The position numbers were made by a program, and so were the translations under genes. A stretch of DNA of 64,000 nucleotides from Acidimicrobiia bacterium. Its GTDB lineage: Bacteria; Actinomycetota; Acidimicrobiia; Spongiisociales; ZC4RG35. Below, piece after piece: positions 56,736-64,000 of this stretch (its first letter is position 1; every line of letters starts with the position of its first letter). The notes beneath the pieces were generated by a model. The model had not been told where the DNA came from. It worked only from the letters and a program-made list of their open reading frames with translations, and ran no database searches. The stretch covers positions 77,930 to 141,929 of the forward strand of contig JBGTEJ010000055.1 in NCBI GenBank assembly GCA_041747855.1, given 5' to 3'.

Positions 56736-57674
56736 ATGACCGATCAACCGACCGAAGCCATTGACGTATCGGTCGTCCTACCTGTCTACAACGAGATCGG
56801 ACACCTGCGGGAAGAGATCGAGAGAATCTCCAAGTCGATGGAGGCCTCCAAGTACTCGTTCGAGATCTTGGTGATAGACGACGGTTCCACAGACGGATCC
56901 GGCGAGGAGCTGCTCGAGATCGAAGGAATCAGACTGATCCAGTTCCTCCAGAATCGAGGGTCGGGCGCGTCTCGAAAGGTTGGAACTCATCAAGCTCGTG
57001 GTGACATCGTGGTTTGGACCGACGTCGACCTGACATACCCCAACGACGATATCCCGAGTCTCCTGGACGAAATGCCGGGATGGGATCAGGTCGTGGGTGC
57101 CCGCACCTCGGAACAAGGAACGCACCGGTTTCTTCGTGTTCCTGCGAAGTGGTTCGTGAGGAGGCTCGCCGAATTCCTCACTGCAACCAAGATTCCCGAC
57201 CTGAACTCAGGTTTCCGTGCCTTCCGACGGGAGGTCGCCGACCAGTATCTCCATCTGCTGCCATCTGGCTTTTCATGTGTCACCACGATCACCCTCGCCT
57301 TTCTCGCCAACGGATACTCGGTGAAGTACATTTCAATCCCCTATTACCCCCGAGCTGGCGAGTCCAAATTCCACTGGTGGTCGGATACCCGGCGCTATCT
57401 CCAACAGGTGGTCAGAATGGTGTTGTCGTTCAATCCCATGAAAGTTCTCATGCCGGTCGCTCTCGTCATCCTTCTCCTCGCCTCAGGAAAACTGATCTAT
57501 GACGTCGTGGGCAGCGAAGTTAGAGTCGCGGGCAACACACTCCTGCTGTTCTTTGCAGGATTCACCGTGCTCCTCGTCGCATTGATCGCAGACCTAGTTG
57601 TACAGGTCAACAAACCAACCCACGAGGTAGATCCGGCACACATCACCCACCACAGATCCGGACCCATGCCCTAG
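56736..57674 (+). CDS. GT2 polyprenol-phosphate glycosyltransferase (DPM synthase/GtrB-like)
   Basis: VSVVLPVYNE, IDDGSTDG, NRGSG, WTDVDLTY, VVGAR, DLNSGFRAFRR, two C-terminal TMs; alternative start GTG 56688. Confidence 0.9.
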   Translation: MTDQPTEAIDVSVVLPVYNEIGHLREEIERISKSMEASKYSFEILVIDDGSTDGSGEELLEIEGIRLIQFLQNRGSGASRKVGTHQARGDIVVWTDVDLTYPNDDIPSLLDEMPGWDQVVGARTSEQGTHRFLRVPAKWFVRRLAEFLTATKIPDLNSGFRAFRREVADQYLHLLPSGFSCVTTITLAFLANGYSVKYISIPYYPRAGESKFHWWSDTRRYLQQVVRMVLSFNPMKVLMPVALVILLLASGKLIYDVVGSEVRVAGNTLLLFFAGFTVLLVALIADLVVQVNKPTHEVDPAHITHHRSGPMP

Positions 57675-57682
57675 CCCCTTTA

Positions 57683-59104
57683 CTACGACGGGGCCAACCT
57701 GAGCGTCGAGATGGCAGCCACCACCTCACCTTCGTAGGACCCGACTCCGTACGATCGGGGGGACCACGCTCCCTCGGCGCTGACGTGTACTTCCTGGTCG
57801 GTCGGCAAAACCTCAGTGGGGATCTCGAGGGTATACCACTCGCCGCTGGCGGGGATGACATGCTCTGTTTGCACATCGTTGTGGCGGACAGCCAGCGTGG
57901 TTCTCTGGGAAACGCCTTCTGGTGGTCCAAGGAGCTCGATTCTCAGAATTCCAGGACCGCTGAACCGTGGTGAGACCAAGACCCTCGCCCATTGCCTGCT
58001 TGGAATCCATCTCGCTTCGCGCCCGAGCACATGCTCACGTTCAAGGAACCCGTCAGTCTGAAGATCGTCGTTCCGGCCGACTTCCATATCTGGGAGCACC
58101 ACCCTCCAGAGAGCCTGCCTACTCTGATAGAGCCACTCTGGATACCGCCACCTATCTGGACCGAAAGCGCCCGCGACTGCGAAAACGTACTCACCCCGGT
58201 TTGTTGAAACGACCTGCGGCATCCGTGCAACGGACTCCGGTGGCACCGGATTGACATCGGCAGTGAAAACGCGAATCGGGTCGAACCCGAGTTCCGAGAA
58301 AATGGTCTTCAACTCGGCCACGGTGTACTCCCTATTGTGGCGACCCTGAACGCCGTAGCCGGACATCGGTTCGTAGACATTCTCACCCTTGAGCATTTTC
58401 ACCAGATTCTCTTGGCGCACCGGATTCGGCGTACTCAGGATGAGAAGGCCACCTGGCTTCTTCAGGACTCGATGGATCTCAGCCAGCGCGTTTATTGGGT
58501 CAAGCGCAAGATGCTCCAAGATCTCACAGAAGTAGACGGCATCGAACTTGTCGCTGTCATACGGAAACCGGCCCTGCTCGATATCGAAATGGTCATACTC
58601 GATCGCGAGGCTCTCACCGGTCCGCGAGTTGACCACGTGTTGAGTGCCCTTGGTGCCTTCGATCGACTGGTCGCCGAACCAGTTGGCACAGGTCACATCT
58701 AAGCCACGACGCAAGAGCATGCGCGTGAAGAAGTACGGGTTCGCCCCCAGTTCAAGTACTTTCGCATTCGGGTCCAAAGCCGGCGTCACCGCCAGTGTGA
58801 TCCGGAAGCGTTCGAGGGCATGCCAGAGATAGGCGCGACGTTCCGCTTCGTCGAACCCGGAAAGCGCGGCCTCGAGCAGGAAGTCTCTCAGGGCTTCGCG
58901 ATCGGTGAGATCTGGAGGGAAATCAATCTTCTCTTCTTGTTCGACTTCGCCCTTCTCCTCTGTTGGTGACTGTTGGACAGGGCGCCTTCCTGCCAGCGAC
59001 TTGTACAAGAGAGATAGCCTCAGCTTTAGCCGTTCAGGCAAAGCCCACAGCACACGCCGTGCTGCGCGGCCCAGCACACCGGCTCCACCTCCTCGATTGG
59101 TCAT
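57683..59104 (-). CDS. SAM-dependent methyltransferase with C-terminal beta-sandwich domain
   Basis: VLELGANP, FDAVYFCEILEHL, EIHRVLK.PGGLLILSTPN, HNREYT; AAGGAG RBS. Confidence 0.9.
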   Translation of the reverse strand: MTNRGGGAGVLGRAARRVLWALPERLKLRLSLLYKSLAGRRPVQQSPTEEKGEVEQEEKIDFPPDLTDREALRDFLLEAALSGFDEAERRAYLWHALERFRITLAVTPALDPNAKVLELGANPYFFTRMLLRRGLDVTCANWFGDQSIEGTKGTQHVVNSRTGESLAIEYDHFDIEQGRFPYDSDKFDAVYFCEILEHLALDPINALAEIHRVLKKPGGLLILSTPNPVRQENLVKMLKGENVYEPMSGYGVQGRHNREYTVAELKTIFSELGFDPIRVFTADVNPVPPESVARMPQVVSTNRGEYVFAVAGAFGPDRWRYPEWLYQSRQALWRVVLPDMEVGRNDDLQTDGFLEREHVLGREARWIPSRQWARVLVSPRFSGPGILRIELLGPPEGVSQRTTLAVRHNDVQTEHVIPASGEWYTLEIPTEVLPTDQEVHVSAEGAWSPRSYGVGSYEGEVVAAISTLRLAPS

Positions 59105-59253
59105 GCCTGCTCCTTCAAATGACCGGATACCACCAGACCAAGTGTCACTTTTGCCGGCTCCGGGCTTTTTCGATGCCGGTTCGGGACTCCATCAATTCTG
59201 GCGCCTCCCTCGTGGTAACTGAGGGGTGGACTTGAAGCATGACTCAAGGTCAA
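59101..59253 (-). CDS. candidate bridge sORF B (50 aa, TTG start)
   Basis: TTG overlaps the stop of sORF A (TTGA); its TGA overlaps the MTase ATG (ATGA). Confidence 0.35.
   Translation of the reverse strand: MTLSHASSPPLSYHEGGARIDGVPNRHRKSPEPAKVTLGLVVSGHLKEQA
59231..59253 (-). promoter_or_regulatory. imperfect 18-bp palindrome adjoining TTGACC (possible MerR-type operator/promoter)
   Basis: CTTGAAGCATGACTCAAG matches its reverse complement at 14/18; minus strand reads TTGACC-TTGAGTCATGCTTCAAG; no good -10. Confidence 0.3.
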
Positions 59254-59348
59254 GCGAAATCCTCTGGGGGACGCGTTGATGCGCGGAGTTGGCCACCGTG
59301 TTCAGGATCAGGACCATGGAAACAGTGCAAAGCTTGTTCGTAGCTCAT
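59250..59348 (-). CDS. candidate bridge sORF A (32 aa, MSYEQALHCFHG...DFA)
   Basis: ATGA overlap with the GT4 stop; its TGA overlaps the TTG of sORF B. Confidence 0.35.
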   Translation of the reverse strand: MSYEQALHCFHGPDPEHGGQLRASTRPPEDFA

Positions 59349-60466
59349 TGCCCGGGAGGAGAGGCGTTGAACTGTCGGGCCAGAGCCTCAACCACACCCG
59401 AAAGAGCATCTATGGGCTGCGGGCGAGCTGCCGCGCCCCGAACAAGATCATGCAGGTGACCATCCACGTGCTCAATAGCGTCGGCAAGGGACGGGGCGGA
59501 GCCGGGTTGGAACAGCACACCGTCGCTGCCGTCGCGGATCTGCTCGGCGAGGCCAGGCAAATCAGAAGCCACGACGGGTCTATGGCATCCGTGAGCCACC
59601 GGGGTAATGGCCGATTGTGATGCAGAGAGATACGGCAGCAGCACGACATGGTGATTAGCAATCGCGGTGATCAGATCCTCGTCGGAGATATATCCATCTT
59701 CGAGATCGACCAACGATTCCAGACCCAACTGATCCCGCAGCACCGTGGCTTCTTGATGAGTAGGACTCCAGAATTCGCCAACAACAGTGAGCCGCACCCC
59801 TACGCCCCTCTGGTGGAGTAGTTTGATCGCCTTCAAGGCCAATTCCAGCCCCTTGTAGGGCCGCACATACCCGATCATCAGGATCCGGAGTGGCGGCTGT
59901 CCTGGAAGCTCAGCCGGTGTGCCCACCAGAACACTCGGCATAGGCACACTTCTGACATCAGCTTGAGGGACCAAGTGAAGAACCTGGTTCCGAACCTCGT
60001 CAGAGTGAACTACCACCGCGGCGGACGAGCCGATCGCCCATCGTGTGAGAACCCTTCGCATTGGAAACCACTCGTGGGTCTCAACGTTGTGAACCAACAA
60101 GATCGTCGGTACCGGTCGAGCCGCCCATGCCGAGACGACAACTGCGAGAACATGAAACGGGGTGACCCAGGGCTGCAATAAGACATCACATTTGCGGGCC
60201 CGCCTCCCGGCACGCCACCAGCTCCAAGGACTCCACCAGCGGGCCTTGAAGTCTGCGTCGGGACTACTAGCCAGCATTTCTGACTTTGACGGCTGGGTCC
60301 CGTGGTATATCCACCCTGGGTACTGGGACGCCCACGATATCGCCGTGACCTCGTGGCCACCACTTCGAAGCGATGCCAACAAGGCAGTCGCATGTTGGGC
60401 AACTCCTCCGCGATAAGGGGCCAGTGTCCCGAAGTAAGAAAACTCGACGCTGTTCCTCAATTTCAA
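59345..60466 (-). CDS. GT4 glycosyltransferase
   Basis: PYRGGVAQH, HNVETHE, GYVRPYKGL, VVGEFW, LPYLSASQSA, PVVASDLPGL. Confidence 0.92.
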   Translation of the reverse strand: MKLRNSVEFSYFGTLAPYRGGVAQHATALLASLRSGGHEVTAISWASQYPGWIYHGTQPSKSEMLASSPDADFKARWWSPWSWWRAGRRARKCDVLLQPWVTPFHVLAVVVSAWAARPVPTILLVHNVETHEWFPMRRVLTRWAIGSSAAVVVHSDEVRNQVLHLVPQADVRSVPMPSVLVGTPAELPGQPPLRILMIGYVRPYKGLELALKAIKLLHQRGVGVRLTVVGEFWSPTHQEATVLRDQLGLESLVDLEDGYISDEDLITAIANHHVVLLPYLSASQSAITPVAHGCHRPVVASDLPGLAEQIRDGSDGVLFQPGSAPSLADAIEHVDGHLHDLVRGAAARPQPIDALSGVVEALARQFNASPPGQ

Positions 60467-60565
60467 CTCAGTTCAGGCATGCTGCGGAACCACTGGGGTT
60501 CGACCGCGAAGAATGCCGAGCGTTCGATACCGGCCACCAGACGAATCGGCAGAACTGTTGAGCAA

Positions 60566-61297
60566 TCAGACGGAGCCGACATAGGCTTGCACAACCTCTT
60601 TTGGATCACCCATCATCACAGTGTGTCCTCGATCAAGCCAGAGAACACGATCGGAGACCTCCTCTACCGCATCCAAATCATGTGACACGAAAAGCACGGC
60701 GGCGCCCGAGTCGATGAGCTGAATCATCCTCTCCTTTGACTTCAGCTGAAACGAGGCATCACCTACCGATAGGACCTCGTCGATTACCAGGACATCCGGT
60801 TCTATGTCCGTGGCAACCGCAAATCCGAGGCGTGCCAGCATGCCAGACGAGTAGGTGCGTATAGGGACGTCTACGAACTCGTTCAACTCGGCCCAGTCGA
60901 GAATGTTGGCCACTCTCTCCCTCATCTGCACCGGAGTCCGACCCAACAGCGTCCCATAGAGGACGATGTTTTCACGAGCGCTCATCTCCGTGTTGAACCC
61001 GGCGCCAAGCTCGATCATCGGTGCCACCGCCCCCCGCACCACGATCCGGCCCTCCGTGGGTGGCAACACCCGGGCCACGATCTTCATCAGTGTGCTCTTG
61101 CCAGCACCGTTGCGTCCGATAACCCCAAGGACTTCACCCGAACTCAGCGAGAAGTTGACGTCCTTCAACGCCCAGACCTCCTCGCTTGCGGTCTTTCCCT
61201 TGACGACGTCGATGGCGAACCCCTTGATAGTGCCCGCCCGGTTCCTGTTGTGCCGGTAGGCAAGGGACACACCCGTCGCCTCCACAGCGGGCTTCAC
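60566..61297 (-). CDS. wzt: ABC polysaccharide exporter ATP-binding subunit (no C-terminal CBM)
   Basis: GRNGAGKST, ELGAGF, YSSGMLARLGFAVA, LVIDEVLSVGD, VSHD; GTGA overlap with wzm. Confidence 0.94.
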   Translation of the reverse strand: MKPAVEATGVSLAYRHNRNRAGTIKGFAIDVVKGKTASEEVWALKDVNFSLSSGEVLGVIGRNGAGKSTLMKIVARVLPPTEGRIVVRGAVAPMIELGAGFNTEMSARENIVLYGTLLGRTPVQMRERVANILDWAELNEFVDVPIRTYSSGMLARLGFAVATDIEPDVLVIDEVLSVGDASFQLKSKERMIQLIDSGAAVLFVSHDLDAVEEVSDRVLWLDRGHTVMMGDPKEVVQAYVGSV

Positions 61298-62121
61298 AGC
61301 ACTACCACAAGATTCTTCCATGATCTCGTGAAGACCCAGACCCCCAGCAACAGAACCACGATGGCGCTGGCGATCATCATCACGAAGTTCCAGGTCGGAG
61401 CAAAGGCGCCCTCATAGACGAAACCCCGAAACACGGTGAGATATGAATAGAGGGGGTTGGCCTGAATAATCCAACGGAAGTGATCGGGAATCATCGTGAT
61501 CGGGTAAAAGGTCGGGGTTAGATAGCTGATCAGTTGGACTCCGACTGCAGTCAGGTCGAGAACGTCGTAAAAAAAGACGGCAGCTGAGGCCACCAAAAGC
61601 CCCAGACCCGCCACCAGAAGCAGTAGGAAAAAGGCTGGGATCGGGACCAGGATGACCGTCCAAGGGATCCCCACCCCAGTGAACAACTGGATTACCAGCA
61701 GAGGAAGAAGGCTGATGGTGAAGTTCACAAGTGCAGCTACTGCGGCCGCAACTGAAAACACCTCGGCAGGGACATAGACCTTCGACAGCACAGACGCGCT
61801 GTTGACTATCGACGATCCAGTGGCAATGACCCCTTGGGCAAAGAAAGTGATGAAGACGATCCCGGAGAGCAGATACACCACGAAGGGGACACCCGGGATC
61901 TCGAATCGGAAGACCTGGCTGAAGACGACCCAGAAAACGGACATCGTGAGCAGCGGGTTGAGGAGCGTCCACCACACTCCCAGAGTCGACCGCTTGTACC
62001 TCACTGTCAGATCGCGTGTGACCAACAGCCGCAACAGTCCGCGATACACCCAGATGTTGGTGAGTTCGGTGACGATGGGCCGACGAGACTGGTCTGAGTC
62101 GTAGACGTAGGTCGAGGTCAT
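61294..62121 (-). CDS. wzm: ABC polysaccharide exporter permease
   Basis: RDLTVRYKRSTLGVWWTLLNPL, YLTPTFYP, NPL; about 6 TMs. Confidence 0.94.
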   Translation of the reverse strand: MTSTYVYDSDQSRRPIVTELTNIWVYRGLLRLLVTRDLTVRYKRSTLGVWWTLLNPLLTMSVFWVVFSQVFRFEIPGVPFVVYLLSGIVFITFFAQGVIATGSSIVNSASVLSKVYVPAEVFSVAAAVAALVNFTISLLPLLVIQLFTGVGIPWTVILVPIPAFFLLLLVAGLGLLVASAAVFFYDVLDLTAVGVQLISYLTPTFYPITMIPDHFRWIIQANPLYSYLTVFRGFVYEGAFAPTWNFVMMIASAIVVLLLGVWVFTRSWKNLVVVL

Positions 62122-62237
62122 ATGTGATCGGGTCGGTTCAAGCCTTGTGACTGACCCCTGGCGCCGAAGGCTACTAGGTACGTAAACCTCTGGAATGGCA
62201 AGGGCAATCTGGTTCGGTCCGGTTCCCGGTGGGTCAT
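62118..62237 (-). CDS. candidate bridge sORF (39 aa, MTHREPDR...PDHI)
   Basis: ATGA overlap with the upstream stop (62234) and ATGA overlap with the wzm start (62121). Confidence 0.45.
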   Translation of the reverse strand: MTHREPDRTRLPLPFQRFTYLVAFGARGQSQGLNRPDHI

Positions 62238-63271
62238 GACTTGACGAACTCGGCCCAGAGTTGTTTTCCCACCCGGTCGGCTTCATCAATCCACTTCAGA
62301 GCTCGTTCGGTCGCCTCGTCACGGTTGTCGTAGAGGGCAAGTCCGGCAGTGGCAATGGCCGCCGGGTTGTCGTGCTGTTCAACGGTGGTCATTTTCCAGA
62401 GCTCCTGGTCGGAACGAAACACAGCCGACGTTCGCGAGAACAAACATGGCACACCGGTCATGTACGACTCCTGGGGGGTGGAGGGATGACACTCAGACAG
62501 GGTGACATACAGGTTCAGATCGACCGAGGCCTGCAGTGAGATGAAGGTGTCGTAATCCAGGATCCCGTGCTCGACGATGTCCATCTCCCGTAGATACATG
62601 TTGCCCGGCTTGAGCATCACGTGGGCTGTGGCACCTTCCATCAGTCCAACGGCGAGAAGCTGGGTCGTCACGTTCTTCCGCCAGTAGGGATCGGCGAAAA
62701 CCCCTACGTTGAAGGGGCCTCCAAGCTCGCTCCTGGAAACTGACTGAGGAATGACCGGAGCCCGGTTCGGCACGTATGAAACCGGGTAACCGATCGAGGT
62801 AAATGCCTCGGGGAGTCCGTCCTTGGCCATCCCGAGACCGTGAAGCCCGCCCTCGCGAAGTAGGGCAAGGATCTCGTCGGCGACACTTCCCTCTGCAGCA
62901 TCGCCTCCGTGCTGTGCGGCAGAGGAGTGGAGAACGCATTTCACCTTCACCCCGAGGGCGGTGAGTTGATTAGCGAAGGACGTCGAACCTGGAGGCCAAC
63001 CCTGGATGACCACACAGTCGGGGGAACGAGCAACCAAGTCCGAAGCCAACTCCTCTCCCCACAATTCCAGATCGTCACACTCCACCACAGGTGTCCGAAA
63101 CGAGTAGGCCACCGTGCGGACACCTCGCCAATCGGGATGGCACACCTGGACGACAGATCCTCGCCCGAGGTTCTCCCATGCTCCGAACGAGGTGTGAGGT
63201 GTTCGAACGGTGGTCCCCAACGCCAGTTCCTTGGTTACCACGGACCGTCGGCCCAAAATCCGGTCAAGCAT
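62234..63271 (-). CDS. GT-B (GT4-like) glycosyltransferase-like protein
   Basis: WRKNVTTQL, DLNLYVTLSECHP..PQES...GVPCL (Ex7E-like). Confidence 0.78.
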   Translation of the reverse strand: MLDRILGRRSVVTKELALGTTVRTPHTSFGAWENLGRGSVVQVCHPDWRGVRTVAYSFRTPVVECDDLELWGEELASDLVARSPDCVVIQGWPPGSTSFANQLTALGVKVKCVLHSSAAQHGGDAAEGSVADEILALLREGGLHGLGMAKDGLPEAFTSIGYPVSYVPNRAPVIPQSVSRSELGGPFNVGVFADPYWRKNVTTQLLAVGLMEGATAHVMLKPGNMYLREMDIVEHGILDYDTFISLQASVDLNLYVTLSECHPSTPQESYMTGVPCLFSRTSAVFRSDQELWKMTTVEQHDNPAAIATAGLALYDNRDEATERALKWIDEADRVGKQLWAEFVKS

Positions 63272-64000
63272 CTTCGATCAACCCATGGATCGCTTGGACG
63301 ATCAGATCCGATGTTGAGCCGTCACCATAGGGCGAAGGCAGTTGCGCCAGCGACTGGTGGACGGCACTCACGTCGCTCAACCAGTCCTCGACGGTCGCCG
63401 CAATGGCGGCAGGCTCTACCAGCCTGGCAAACGTGCCGAGCACTTCGGGCCGTTCGGTACTACGGCGAACCACCACTACCGGCCGCTTGTAGATCGAGGA
63501 TTCCTCTTGGACTCCACCCGAGTCGGAAACCAGAAATGCAGACTCCGCACTCAACCCGAGGAAATCCCCGTAGCCGAGGGGATCGACAACACGAAGAGAG
63601 CCCATCTCGTCGGTGAGCCCAAACGCCGCGGCTTTTTTCCGGGAGCGAGGATGGAGCGGGAGCAACACCGGGAAAGGCATCGCTGAAAGTTGGCGGAGTA
63701 TCAACGAGAACCGATCCGGGTCGTCCACATTCTCTGGGCGATGGAACGTTGAGAGCACGTATCGATTCGGTTCCAGCCCGTGAGAGGCCGCGAGCCTGAG
63801 GCGCTCGGCTTCGGAAGGCATCAGTCTCTGCACCGCCTCCACAACCGTGTTGCCGGTGACCAGAATCCGTTCGGGGTCGACGCCCTCAACCAACAAATTG
63901 GCGCGACTCACCTCGGTCGGAGCACACAAGAGGTCGGAAAGGTGATCGGTGACCACCCGGTTGTGCTCCTCGGGCATCCGACGATCCCGACTCCGGAGCC
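63264..64000 (-). CDS. wecB: UDP-N-acetylglucosamine 2-epimerase (non-hydrolysing); 5' part outside the window
   Basis: LRSRDRRMPEEHNR, TGNTVVEA, TFHRPEN, PLHPR, SDSGGVQEE, TERPE, PYGDG. Confidence 0.95.
   Translation of the reverse strand, partial: LRSRDRRMPEEHNRVVTDHLSDLLCAPTEVSRANLLVEGVDPERILVTGNTVVEAVQRLMPSEAERLRLAASHGLEPNRYVLSTFHRPENVDDPDRFSLILRQLSAMPFPVLLPLHPRSRKKAAAFGLTDEMGSLRVVDPLGYGDFLGLSAESAFLVSDSGGVQEESSIYKRPVVVVRRSTERPEVLGTFARLVEPAAIAATVEDWLSDVSAVHQSLAQLPSPYGDGSTSDLIVQAIHGLIEDA

Noticed and set aside
59231-59248. HspR HAIR operator
   Set aside because: Only one half-site is perfect and the spacing is 4 nt, not the 7 nt of CTTGAGT-N7-ACTCAAG.
43900-60500. Apparently lower-GC cassette suggesting horizontal acquisition
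   Set aside because: Only a visual impression that I could not quantify; no integrase, IS or flanking direct repeats seen.
60463-60562. Possible structured ncRNA (GGCAT/ATGCC, GCGG/CCGC, CAGTTC/GAACTG pairings)
   Set aside because: Short interrupted stems are expected by chance at this GC content; no family I recognise and no covariation evidence.

Overview
High-GC actinobacterial chromosome segment, probably Acidimicrobiia (inferred from gene content and synteny). I found no rRNA, tRNA, CRISPR array or IS element. The left part (1-21 kb) follows conserved actinobacterial synteny like M. tuberculosis Rv3255-Rv3303: DUF3499, a GT2-membrane protein with DUF5719, cofD/cofE, an LCP protein, birA, acyl-CoA carboxylase beta and alpha subunits, and lpdA, plus ugd and a class A PBP. 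The right part (21-64 kb) is a large cell-surface glycan locus: initiating sugar-1-P transferase, flippase, O-antigen ligase/polymerase-like protein, Wzm/Wzt, rmlCAD, gmd plus an Fcl-like SDR, wecB, many GT2/GT4 and GT-C proteins, and two methyltransferases. Two patterns stand out. (1) Gaps between co-directional genes are repeatedly filled by unannotated short ORFs that start in the upstream stop codon (ATGA) and stop over a downstream start codon (NTGA). This holds for all six gapped junctions whose upstream gene ends in ATGA, suggesting sequence-independent ribosome relay sORFs. (2) Three unrelated secreted proteins (SpoIID/LytB-like, PQQ/GSDH-PKD, and GH26 with its nucleophile replaced by Gln) share a C-terminal domain of about five 47-aa DxDxDG repeats. 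They sit inside the glycan locus, so this domain is a candidate glycan-binding surface anchor. All functional calls come from motif recognition, not database searches.
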